Positions 10,181 to 19,949 of a DNA stretch of 56,897 nt are shown here, piece after piece (positions within the stretch are counted from its first letter, which is position 1; every line of letters begins with the position of its first letter). The notes beneath the pieces are model-generated. The model worked only from the letters and a program-made list of their open reading frames with translations. It was not told the DNA's origin and made no database searches. This DNA comes from a virus. Lineage: Duplodnaviria > Caudoviricetes. Both the position numbers and the translations under genes were made by a program. Location of the stretch: IMG/VR virus record IMGVR_UViG_3300031673_000051, positions 1-56,897 of that record; one strand, 5' to 3'.

Positions 10181-10535
10181 TCTCCCTCTTGCAAGCTCGC
10201 AATGCCCTATTCCTTGCCCGCTCTAAAGTTATTGGATACCTACTTGACGGCTTAGTATCCAATAATGTGGTACTTAAAGATGACCAACTCACTGCTGCGT
10301 CTGCCTTAACTATTCCATTACTATACATCATTCATCTTCTCCCTAATCCTTTTGTAGCAAAGATATAACCGCCATATGATAATTGGAATAAAAACTACTG
10401 TGATTATCTTTGCTGCTACTAGATGCATGTCTTTCCTTTATAATGACAGCCACAATTTCCACCTTAGAATGTGGCCAACTATCATAATCAATTTAGCAGG
10501 TTGGCGTCTGGTGGGACGTTTCCCTGAATGGGACT

Positions 10536-10994
10536 TCAATCATCCTTATCATCTAAATCTTTAAACAACTCTTCCACAGTGTCAACTGTTTTAACATCCT
10601 CACCGTGTTCCATTTTTTCAATCGTCTCACGTGTTAGTGCATTTGGTTCCGATTGGTAGCCTTTCTGGGACACATCAACTTCATCAGGATGACTTGCGTA
10701 AGCTGCTGCGGTGACCATTTGCAAATCAAGTAAAGTATTTGCTGGGGCATTCTTTACAAAACCTGTAGAATGGTATTCAAAACACTCTTGTATAATATCC
10801 TTAACATCCTCAAGGGGTATACATCCTAACCCATCCACTAGCTTATAATAACCTGCCAGTGATGTGTCCCGACCGGGTGGTTTGAAAGTAATTTTTCTAG
10901 TATGAATCAATACCCGGAAGAAGTTCAAAAACCATCTTCCCTTTACTCGTTCAACTGGCCAACCGAACTTATCTAAAGTATATAACCTTTTCAT
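10536..10994 (-). CDS. Hypothetical protein with DinJ/RelB-like C-terminal tail
   Basis: Likely start at 10994 (ATGA overlap); ends PNALTRETIEKMEHGEDVKTVDTVEELFKDL. Confidence 0.55.
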   Translation of the reverse strand: MKRLYTLDKFGWPVERVKGRWFLNFFRVLIHTRKITFKPPGRDTSLAGYYKLVDGLGCIPLEDVKDIIQECFEYHSTGFVKNAPANTLLDLQMVTAAAYASHPDEVDVSQKGYQSEPNALTRETIEKMEHGEDVKTVDTVEELFKDLDDKDD

Positions 10995-11476
10995 GGGGAT
11001 TTCTCCCCATGACATCCACAGTCTTCTCCAGAACATTCTTCCTCATCCAAAGTAACCTCAGTTTCACTACGTTCTTTACCCGGAATATTCCGAGAATATT
11101 TAATAGATTCTTCAATATAATCTTTCACCCCACACTCCTCTTTAACCAACTCTTCCTTGAAAATATCTGGTGGTGGAACTAATCCAGCGTGCTTTTCACG
11201 GGTATCCTTTGCTGCATGAGCCACAACATCTCTTATAAGAGACTTAATTTCTGGGAACTTTACTTCTACAAACTGTGGGCATTCCCAAACTGGGGTAACA
11301 ACACCATGAGCAAGACATACTGCATACAATAAATTTGCAATAGGACAATTTGTTTCCGGCTTTCCTGGATTAAACTTTTCACAGCTAAAACAAAGACAGT
11401 ATTCTCTATGTTTGCCTTGTAAATCTGATCTTACACTAACCATTGTTCCATGGTGGGTGTAGGTAATTACATTCAT
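10991..11476 (-). CDS. Cys-rich hypothetical protein
   Basis: CLCFSC, NCPIA, WECP motifs. Confidence 0.6.
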   Translation of the reverse strand: MNVITYTHHGTMVSVRSDLQGKHREYCLCFSCEKFNPGKPETNCPIANLLYAVCLAHGVVTPVWECPQFVEVKFPEIKSLIRDVVAHAAKDTREKHAGLVPPPDIFKEELVKEECGVKDYIEESIKYSRNIPGKERSETEVTLDEEECSGEDCGCHGEKSP

Positions 11477-11885
11477 CTTTCTCTCTCTCTTTCTCTTAAC
11501 TCAATACACACTATGGTACTATATTGAATCCACCCGCGTCAACTGCCAGTGCTTCTAGAATAAGTTTATATTTTTCTATCCTATCTACTACAATAGTATT
11601 AGGATCAACCTGTGGCAGTTGCTTTATAAACCATCCTATATCAACTAAAAATGAGAATTAACTACAACATTTTTATATCCACACTTCCGCCCACCAGCAT
11701 TCAACTCATCCAAAATCTTTTTAGCTTCTTCTTTATTCATCTTAATCTTTCTCTTTCTCTTTCTCTTTCTCTCTTAATGTTAATCCCTACCCACAGCACT
11801 CGGGACTCTTTATCTATCTGCCAATCTCATACTGGGTGCAGCAAAGCTTTCTGATCCTTAGAAAGTTATAAATTCTCACTCATAG

Positions 11886-12991
11886 TTACTGTGCATATGA
11901 TCTAGGTAATGGTGTGAGTAACTCCGCTACACCGCCTGCCACCTTCAAATACCATTCATACAATTCCTGCAAACGCCCATCCTGTTGCAAATAGGACATT
12001 TGCCGTTGAAGTTCCATAACTTGATTCCTCATCATTTCCAAGGTATCATCTTTAGGCTTCTCAATTTGGTACTTACCCTGAACAAACATTAACATAACCG
12101 AGTCAATGTCATCTACAAAAACATCCACTGGAACCGCGTAGTGTAAATTAGGTTGATTGCTTCCAACCCAAATACCTATAACCTTACCGTCCATTGTAAA
12201 TACCGGGCAGCCACTATTGCCACCCCCACCTTCTGGAGTCATACCAAATAGAATGGACCATCCGTAACTTTTCATATCATCCGTTCTGCCAATACCGGGA
12301 TCCAACGTTTGGATACTTCCTTTGGCAACAGCATTAAAGTTTTCACTACCTGCTGTACTACCAATAGAAAATACTTCCTGACCCAGTCTACAATCTTTTA
12401 GCCTGCCGAGTTCCAACACATGAAGCTTTACAGCATGACCACCTTTCCTACAAGAAATATCTTCGGCTTTCTCACTAACACAAGTCAAGTCATCAATATA
12501 AATAAATCCAGTGTCATGACCTTTATGTGAAATAGCTCTCGTTGCCTTTATTACATGTCCACCATTAGTGGTTATAGTAAAATCTGTAACTCCATCAACT
12601 ACATGTCTTGCAGTTTTAATGAGCCGGGGACCAATAACAAAACCAGAAGCCTGAAAACCGCCAGTACCAATATGCACCACACCTTCCGCAACTTCCTCTA
12701 CCAAATCAGGGAAGGAAAGGGGCACAACTACCTTGGACGTAACCTCTGATTCTTGCCCTTCGTTAACCTTCTGAAGTTTCTCCTGCAACCTACCTATTTC
12801 GTAGCACAATTCATCATTCTTTTCATCAATTTGATCCCCATACTTTTCCCAGGCACGAACATTATATTGTAAATCTTTATTTTTCTGCTCCAACTGGGAG
12901 TTATTTAAACCTGCTAATATGGATGCTACTATAAAGGCCCAACAACTATTGATGTAATTGTCAACAAAATGCTCTTTAGTACTATCTTCAT
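11886..12991 (-). CDS. Trypsin-like serine protease with N-terminal membrane anchor (apparent 1-bp deletion at ~12938)
   Basis: Catalytic triad motifs TARHVV, HDTG, GNSGCPV; restoring one G joins MKIVLKSILLTITSIVVG(A)FIVASILAG (start 12991, AGGAG RBS) to the ORF. Confidence 0.8.
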
Positions 12992-13224
12992 TTTCCCACT
13001 CCTTGGTAATTTATCTATTCTCTCTTAACAGATATCATTTTTTTGACTTATTCACCCTGTCCCGAAAGGTTATCTTCCGATGGGTACACCTCAAACAAAC
13101 TGCAAATACTTTACCTTTTACTGCGACAACAACTAATGGTTTCCCGCACTTAGAACAACCTTCACCCGCTTTAACTTCTCGGTAATATTGTAAACTATTA
13201 GTCATTTCATCACCTCATAAATAG

Positions 13225-13776
13225 CTATTCCTCAGCTTCAATACGTGCCTTAGTTAACTCCGCCTCTAAAGCATCAATCTTTGCATAAAGACTGGATTGC
13301 TCTTGACCTTTACGACAACCCTTTGCCATCTTATCCAACTCGGCAATCTTAGCTTCTAAGTTTTCAATCCTATCTGCTACGAACATATTTGCTTCAAATA
13401 AACTCCGATACTGTTCCAACACTTTTGTAGTAGCTGGTAGTATCCTCAAATCATCCCTACCCACTAAACCTAATTCTGGGTCGGTTTTCATTTCAATAAA
13501 AAGATGCCGTCTGTCAGCTTTTGTAGGTTCATTTTCATACCCACAAAAATGGACAACCTCCCCCGACTCATCCAATACCATTAAGCCAAATTGAATATCC
13601 ATGTGCTTTGATTCAGTGGCCTTCGCTGTGTTATAAACTATCTCCTCAGCTTTTGTATGCTGAGGTTTAAGAATACCCTTTTTAGGTTTCTTATCAGCCA
13701 GGTCCTCTTCACGGTTGGTGGCCGGCTCATCTGCTTCATTCATCTTATCTAGTAAGTCTTCAAATTGATTATCCAT
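13225..13776 (-). CDS. Putative head internal protein with shared leader
   Basis: N-terminus MDNQFEDLLDKMNE nearly identical to neighbour; remainder unrelated. Confidence 0.55.
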   Translation of the reverse strand: MDNQFEDLLDKMNEADEPATNREEDLADKKPKKGILKPQHTKAEEIVYNTAKATESKHMDIQFGLMVLDESGEVVHFCGYENEPTKADRRHLFIEMKTDPELGLVGRDDLRILPATTKVLEQYRSLFEANMFVADRIENLEAKIAELDKMAKGCRKGQEQSSLYAKIDALEAELTKARIEAEE

Positions 13777-14162
13777 TATTCTTCCTCTTTCACAGGGAGC
13801 TCGGTAGTTGCTTGCTGTGCAATATATTTATCTATTGCTTCTTCTGTATAACGAAGGCTTAAATCACCTATTTGCTTTGTTACCTCATCTTCTCCTCTTG
13901 CAGTTTGGCTAATAATATTGCCCCGTATTCCTTGCTCCTTTCTTAGCCTTTTGCGTTCTGCATCAAGTTTCATGCCTTCAGGACTTTTCCAGGCGGCTTT
14001 CATAGCATCATCTATAATTTCATCTGGAACATTGCCTCCCATACTTTGTCGAGTACGCTTTTTAATAAAATCACGGTACTCCTTATCCGTCATATCCTTT
14101 GTTGACTTAACACTGCTACTCTCATTTATTTTATCTAATAAGTCTTCGAATTGATTATGCAT
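13776..14162 (-). CDS. Putative head internal protein with shared leader
   Basis: N-terminus MHNQFEDLLDKINE. Confidence 0.55.
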   Translation of the reverse strand: MHNQFEDLLDKINESSSVKSTKDMTDKEYRDFIKKRTRQSMGGNVPDEIIDDAMKAAWKSPEGMKLDAERKRLRKEQGIRGNIISQTARGEDEVTKQIGDLSLRYTEEAIDKYIAQQATTELPVKEEE

Positions 14163-14436
14163 ACTACCAACCCCTACCTAACAGTTTAATCAATGACTCG
14201 TCAATGACCTCAGCAAATCTTCTACTAAGTTCCTCAAGTACTTCTATTTCCTCTGCTGTACGGAATGCAAATCTCTTAGACTTGATTCCAATAAACCTAT
14301 ATAACAAATAGTGTTTCCACCAAACCAATTTATAGTTATAGTATCTAATCTATTATCCAATTTGTAAATCCTGCAACTAATATCAACGCCCAGCTACTAA
14401 ACATAATCGCAAGTAACCACTTATCCGCTTTATCCA

Positions 14437-14886
14437 TTATTCTTCCTCCGGTGGAGCTGTAAATCTTACCATTATCATTTCTGGTCTATCTGCATTTCGG
14501 AATACTTTTATCGCAACACCATCTTTACTAAGACGTACTGATGTTTTTGATTCACTATCCAATCGCCATCCTTGGGTAACCAATCCATTCCATATCTGCT
14601 TAAACAGTTGGTGGTCATGCTCACCTAACACGGCAAGATGCTCACTAACATAATCTACATATCTTTGTTCCTTCACCCACTCGGTAGGAAAGGATTGAGT
14701 CTTACCTGTAACAATGGCTCTCGTCTTCTCATAATCCTTCCCGGTAACATTCATCCTCTTCCGCGTTTGACCACAGGTTACATATTCAATACCCTTAACA
14801 TCAAGCTTACCTGAGTATCTATAATGGGCTTGATCGCACAATCCACACTTAGCTGTGCTCCACTTGTTTCCTGTCTTTGTTGCCAT
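14437..14886 (-). CDS. Hypothetical protein
   Basis: 149 aa ORF with CxxC..H and C residues. Confidence 0.55.
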   Translation of the reverse strand: MATKTGNKWSTAKCGLCDQAHYRYSGKLDVKGIEYVTCGQTRKRMNVTGKDYEKTRAIVTGKTQSFPTEWVKEQRYVDYVSEHLAVLGEHDHQLFKQIWNGLVTQGWRLDSESKTSVRLSKDGVAIKVFRNADRPEMIMVRFTAPPEEE

Positions 14887-15136
14887 GAAATATTTTACCT
14901 ATGAAAACTGAGGGGTCACTCAATATATCTGTCCCCTCTTCAATCTGTACTTCATTAACTAAACCCTCTATAAACTTTCCTACAAAGCCTACCGGGTCCT
15001 TTTCCGCGTCATCCAAATGTCGTAGTATATAATCCATTTCCGCGGCATACAAATGTCGTAGTATATAATCCATAGAACACTTCTTGTGCTTTCTAAGGAG
15101 TTGGACATCTGCCTTGCTTAGTCTGATATCATCCAT
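14849..15136 (-). CDS. Hypothetical protein with 12-aa tandem duplication
   Basis: MDYILRHLYAAE MDYILRHLDDAE. Confidence 0.5.
   Translation of the reverse strand: MDDIRLSKADVQLLRKHKKCSMDYILRHLYAAEMDYILRHLDDAEKDPVGFVGKFIEGLVNEVQIEEGTDILSDPSVFIGKIFHGNKDRKQVEHS
15014..15073. repeat. 24-bp perfect direct repeat, 36-bp period
   Basis: caaatgtcgtagtatataatccat at 15014-15037 and 15050-15073. Confidence 0.95.
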
Positions 15137-15475
15137 TCAATCCACCCTGTCGTAAGGAATCACTCGAATCGATTTTAAGAAGCCTCTAGGAATTACCAGT
15201 ATTGTCTTCTCCCCGTCACTTCCTACTATAGCAGATATTCGAATGAACCTTTTATCTTTATTAATAACCAACCACACACCACAACCTCGGCGCACTCAAC
15301 TGCTTGAGCTTGTTCATCAGATAACCAGTTATTATGGCCGGTTAAGTCCCACAACTTTATGACTAACAAATCTGCAGGTTTCATTCTAGGAAGTTTCATA
15401 CTTTGTTTCTCAAAGGCCCTAATGCTGTCAAACGTTTGATTTCTTTATCTTCTCTTATTATTTCATTCTGCTTAT

Positions 15476-15685
15476 CTACTTTCCAACGTCCCTTTTGTAA
15501 TGGTATGCCTTGCTTTTGCCCAGTAACACCCGCCAGGCATCCCTCATACGATCCCGTATACTGAATATCTCCATGGGTTTGGCAACGTACCACACATCAT
15601 CAAAACATGCTTGTGGTCCATCCTTAACTTGGCGAATAAGTCTATCAATTAATATACTCATCTCTTTCTCTCCCAATTCTCTCAT
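15476..15685 (-). CDS. Small phage hypothetical protein
   Basis: WYVAKP...R..DAWRVL.GK..A motif typical of small phage proteins. Confidence 0.55.
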   Translation of the reverse strand: MRELGEKEMSILIDRLIRQVKDGPQACFDDVWYVAKPMEIFSIRDRMRDAWRVLLGKSKAYHYKRDVGK

Positions 15686-15950
15686 TCATTAACAATCTAC
15701 TCATTTGTAATATCATCCTTACCACAAACATCGTCAGCAGTAGTACTAGTAGTTGTTCATTGCTTCCATCTTCACACATCAGTTTCTAATAACGCTTTCA
15801 ACTGAAATATGATCTTCTGTTCTTGCTATCATAGCATCCAGTCTATCCGCAGCATTAGCAAACTGCGTGAAAGCTCGTTTCCATAAAATATTAACAGAAC
15901 AAGCACTCTCCTGCATAGCTTCTTCTCTTATCTCTTGTAATCTTTCTCTA

Positions 15951-16352
15951 TCAAACATCTTTCTCTTCCTTAACTATGGGCTCACCTAATTTCTTTTCTC
16001 GTTCACCCTTCGTTATAATATAGAGAATATGATTTGCGAAGTTCCTGGCGTGATCCGCTTTCATTGTTACCATGTCTTCCCAAAAATGTTTCTTTCTGAA
16101 GACAAATAGGAAAGCCATCTTTATACGTAACCATAGGGTGAACCTGCTGTGTCTTGCATGTCCGAACTCCCAAAAAGATAGGCTTATATATGGGGACTCT
16201 TGAAACTCCCTCATCCAGGTGGACTCCTGTACCATCACCTCGTTATCAGATATATCATCCTTGTCGTAATCCTTGGTAACTGCTATTCCTTCTCCCATAC
16301 AGTCACACGGAAATACCTTCGTTGGTTCCTCAAACATTTCTCTACCTCTCAA
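15951..16352 (-). CDS. Hypothetical protein
   Basis: 133 aa ORF. Confidence 0.5.
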   Translation of the reverse strand: MRGREMFEEPTKVFPCDCMGEGIAVTKDYDKDDISDNEVMVQESTWMREFQESPYISLSFWEFGHARHSRFTLWLRIKMAFLFVFRKKHFWEDMVTMKADHARNFANHILYIITKGEREKKLGEPIVKEEKDV

Positions 16353-16532
16353 CTCTTACCTCTCACTCCGCAATAGCCACAATCTTATATGGCCAATGAA
16401 ATCTCCTACATGACCGGCACCAGTATAAGAAAAGTTTGGTGCCATGCTTATGGCAGTATTTAGATTTTATCTTTTTAAACTTCATCTCACTCCGCAAGTC
16501 TTCCGGAAGCTTGTCATTTATTTCTACTCCTG

Positions 16533-16754
16533 TTATGTAACTATTATCTCAAGTTTCTCATCATCAAAATTCACAAGAGCTTTAAAACCGGCACCATCAT
16601 CTAAGGGCGACACAGCCACCCCACAAGGATCATGTCCGTAGCGCATTACTATTGCTCCTACAGTACGACCAATGTCACTCTGAACTTTAGTAAACTCTTC
16701 AAACCTAAACTTACGTAAACCTTCTTCCAATGCTTTAATAAGTGCTTCATTCAT
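16533..16754 (-). CDS. Hypothetical protein
   Basis: ORF behind a GA-rich leader. Confidence 0.5.
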   Translation of the reverse strand: MNEALIKALEEGLRKFRFEEFTKVQSDIGRTVGAIVMRYGHDPCGVAVSPLDDGAGFKALVNFDDEKLEIIVT

Positions 16755-16778
16755 CTCTTTTCTCTCTCTTTCTTTCTC

Positions 16779-17255
16779 TCAACAATAATATACTGATGAT
16801 TGCCTACTTCGTAAATCCTGTACTTGGCAAACCATCTCAAGCATCTTCCATTGGGGCAAGTCATCAAAAGCTACTACTCCTAAAATCTTACTACAAATGT
16901 CACAATGAATAATTACTCTTCCTGGCTCCTCTAATCTTTTCAACTCGTAATGTTGCCAAGAAAACTTATGAAATCCTAACCTGCATACTATCTGTCTTCT
17001 AAAAGAAGACCCAGGAAAGTAAATCCATAAAAGAATTCCCTTATATAGCTTTAGCAAAGTTCGCTTTAACCAAGGATTCTTTTTATCTCCAATGTAAAGA
17101 AACTGTTTTAATGACCTTGAAACTCTCTTAACATCCCTTCTCTCTTTCTCAAAATTCTTTTGGATGTATCTGTTCATAGTATACTTAAGATTCCAAATAT
17201 ATGGGTGGTGTAGCAGACGTGGCCAGTTGATGACCTGTGAACGTTGCAACCACAC
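16779..17255 (-). CDS. Hypothetical protein (true start probably internal)
   Basis: C.LGFHK...HCDIC motif. Confidence 0.45.
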   Translation of the reverse strand: MWLQRSQVINWPRLLHHPYIWNLKYTMNRYIQKNFEKERRDVKRVSRSLKQFLYIGDKKNPWLKRTLLKLYKGILLWIYFPGSSFRRQIVCRLGFHKFSWQHYELKRLEEPGRVIIHCDICSKILGVVAFDDLPQWKMLEMVCQVQDLRSRQSSVYYC

Positions 17256-17520
17256 CCCTACCAGCGACCTCTATGTGTGGATCACTGGTGAGTACTGTCT
17301 ACACAATCACAACATTTTCATGCTGTGGATCATCAGACCAGAACCCTACAATCCTTGGAAGCTTCCTTCCTACCTTAAAGGGCTTCTCTGTTACAAGTGT
17401 CACAAATGTCTGGCCTTTTCTTCATTGGTAAATATGTACAATTTATTCCAAGGAGCAGTAACTGACACCATTTGACCACAAGGTCCTGATGGACCTTTAT
17501 CTTCATAAGCAACGTAGTAT

Positions 17521-17769
17521 CTACTCATTCTCTTCTTTCTTTCCCACTACCTCAAGAATATATCTTAAGTATTCCTCAGGTCCTTCAACTACAACATCTA
17601 TTTCATAATGACTATTTCGTTTAACTCTAACACCTATAACATATTTTATTCCATAATCTCTGGCAGCCTCTTGTTCAAACCGTTCCTTCGGCCAAGAACC
17701 CTCAACATACCGAAGACCATAATGATTATATACTGCTCTGTACAACTTCCATCCACTGGAGTTTACCAT
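17521..17769 (-). CDS. Hypothetical protein, paralogue A
   Basis: GWKLYRAVY...DYG...EGPEEYLRYILEVV. Confidence 0.6.
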   Translation of the reverse strand: MVNSSGWKLYRAVYNHYGLRYVEGSWPKERFEQEAARDYGIKYVIGVRVKRNSHYEIDVVVEGPEEYLRYILEVVGKKEENE

Positions 17770-17797
17770 CTAAGATCCCCATTCTTTAATAACTTAA

Positions 17798-18112
17798 CTA
17801 TACTGGTTCAGAATCAAGCGCGCATATCCCCTTATGCTGATTGAGGTCTGCTTCAGCCCTAGCCCTATCTTGCATCTTTACTAGTTCCAAAACATACTCA
17901 AGTATTTCTTTATCACCTTCTAATATTACTCTAACATGAACAGATGTGGCAAGTTTGATTGGTTTACCTATAATCCAACCCACACAACCATAATCTTTTT
18001 CTAAAGCTTTTTCAAATTGGTTATCCTCTTCTCCAGAAGAATCACCTTCGATGGCATACTGACCCATCTCATCATAAATACATCTGAGAAGTTTCCATCC
18101 CTTAGCTTTCAT
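17798..18112 (-). CDS. Hypothetical protein, paralogue B
   Basis: GWKLLRCIY...DYG...EGDKEILEYVLELV. Confidence 0.6.
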   Translation of the reverse strand: MKAKGWKLLRCIYDEMGQYAIEGDSSGEEDNQFEKALEKDYGCVGWIIGKPIKLATSVHVRVILEGDKEILEYVLELVKMQDRARAEADLNQHKGICALDSEPV

Positions 18113-18308
18113 TCTTATGACTCCTCAACAGTAAGCCGACTATTAGCACTGGTATCCAGAAATGTAATTCATTTGCCGCTAGTCCTAAGTTTACTCCAAC
18201 TTCTGCAGCCCATCGCTCAAACCAATAGGTGTAAATGGATATGAAAACTATAACAATTAAACATATCATAAAAACAATACTTTTCTTACTCATCTTACTT
18301 CTCCTCAT
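18102..18308 (-). CDS. Small two-helix membrane protein
   Basis: Two hydrophobic stretches. Confidence 0.5.
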   Translation of the reverse strand: MRRSKMSKKSIVFMICLIVIVFISIYTYWFERWAAEVGVNLGLAANELHFWIPVLIVGLLLRSHKNES

Positions 18309-18687
18309 TCTCTACATCTAAGTAGGGTTCTGTTGTAGGTTTATCCAGACCTAACTCCTCTGAACACCAATCAACAAAGTCTCTAACTTCTGCATAATCT
18401 CCATCCCAACCATAGGTACGCGCTAAATGAACTAACTTATCTAAGAACGCTTGATTCCCATCTGGCACATCCTTCGTACCGTTTCTAATCTTTGCCAGAG
18501 CCCAACCGAAGACATAACCTAGGTAGTACATCATGTGCAGAAAGCCTACTGCCGCTGACGCCAGTAATAGTATTGTGACATTTGATCTAAATCTATCATA
18601 TCTTCCTCTTCTTCTCAAATATCCAAAGCCACATAGCCAAAACAAATAACAGTCTTGCCAAATCCAGTAGTATCCAAGGTGATCCAT
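18295..18687 (-). CDS. Hypothetical membrane-associated protein
   Basis: Hydrophobic segment plus soluble C-terminal domain. Confidence 0.5.
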   Translation of the reverse strand: MDHLGYYWIWQDCYLFWLCGFGYLRRRGRYDRFRSNVTILLLASAAVGFLHMMYYLGYVFGWALAKIRNGTKDVPDGNQAFLDKLVHLARTYGWDGDYAEVRDFVDWCSEELGLDKPTTEPYLDVENEEK

Positions 18688-19106
18688 AGGCTACTACCAT
18701 AAATGAGTATAAAACTATTTGATGCGGCAGGGTAACTGTCCATAGCTGCTGCTTCAATGATAACTCACGCACCTGATTTACTCCCGGGAAGTTTTCTTAC
18801 ACTTGGGACAAATTCTTTTACCATCTTTCTTAGCCCCACACCAAGGACAATAAGGATGATTCGGATTGTAACTCCTATACATAACTCATAACCTCCGAAA
18901 AATCATGAGGAAATGATTCCTCACTATAGTCATCTTCAATTGTTGCCTCACCCAAATCCATTATGGACCTATCCTTTTGCTCCCTTATGGGGAACTCCTC
19001 CATTACATCAAGTAGTGTTACTTCACTCTGCCACGCTGGGGGTGTGAGTACATCCTGTCCTAAAAACATTGTAGTCTTCCTTTATTTCCTATTCCTTATT
19101 CAATTC

Positions 19107-19601
19107 TTTAATCTTCATCCACAAAAAGTCCGAACGTGCTTGCTTGATCCTTCTGCAGTCCATCAACACACAGCTCGGGATGATTCTCCCTAACCCAGCA
19201 GATAAAAGCTCCTCCTATAACCTTCAACCAGGGCACTGGAATTCCTGCCTGTTCAAACATATCAAAATAATCTGTAAACCTGACCTTGTTCTCGCCTCCT
19301 GTCCGACCTTAGGCCTGTTCATCCAAGTATGGCCCCATCGGATACGGTCTGATTCTAGTTGAGCTTTAAAGGCCTCTATAAACTCAGGTAGATAGTCTTC
19401 CAACTTAGGTTCTGCTGGCTTAAGTGCTTCTCTATTTCCTGCATACCTATAGAACTCAACCTTCTCAAGGGTACAACCAGCAAATACACACACTTTTTTC
19501 AGGGATTCGCAAACCTCATATTTCAAATAAAAGGGTTTCATTTCAGCAAGGGATTCACAAGTATGTATTATCCGACTACAACCATCATTCGGGCATATCA
19601 A
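19107..19601 (-). CDS. Hypothetical protein with apparent 1-bp deletion near 19284
   Basis: Adding one G continues the frame as RFTDYFDMFEQAGIPVPWLKVIGGAFICWVRENHPE...VDED to a TAA. Confidence 0.5.
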
Positions 19602-19949
19602 ACCAATCTTTTTTCAAACAATCCAAACTCAACTGCCAAATCACATATATCTCGAGCGGCAACGGAAGACATATCATAAAAACTTCGAATATTCTCTACG
19701 TAAATTCTGTCCAAATCCAAATCCGAAGAAAGCATGGTAGACCAGTCTATCCTCTTATACAAAGCTAAGCATCGTTCCTACTATTCATCTCTTCTCTCTA
19801 TCTCTCTCTTTCACTATTTTATCCTTTTGTTTTTGCTATATCCTCAGCAAACTCTTTCATGAAAAATGAAACAGGTCGATCGAGATGATCAAACTCACTT
19901 AAAAACTTAGCCAGTATCTTATCTATCTTGAGACTCATCTCTTCTCTCT

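Noticed and set aside
15014-15073. Mini CRISPR array
   Set aside because: Only two copies with a 12-bp gap, in frame inside a coding sequence
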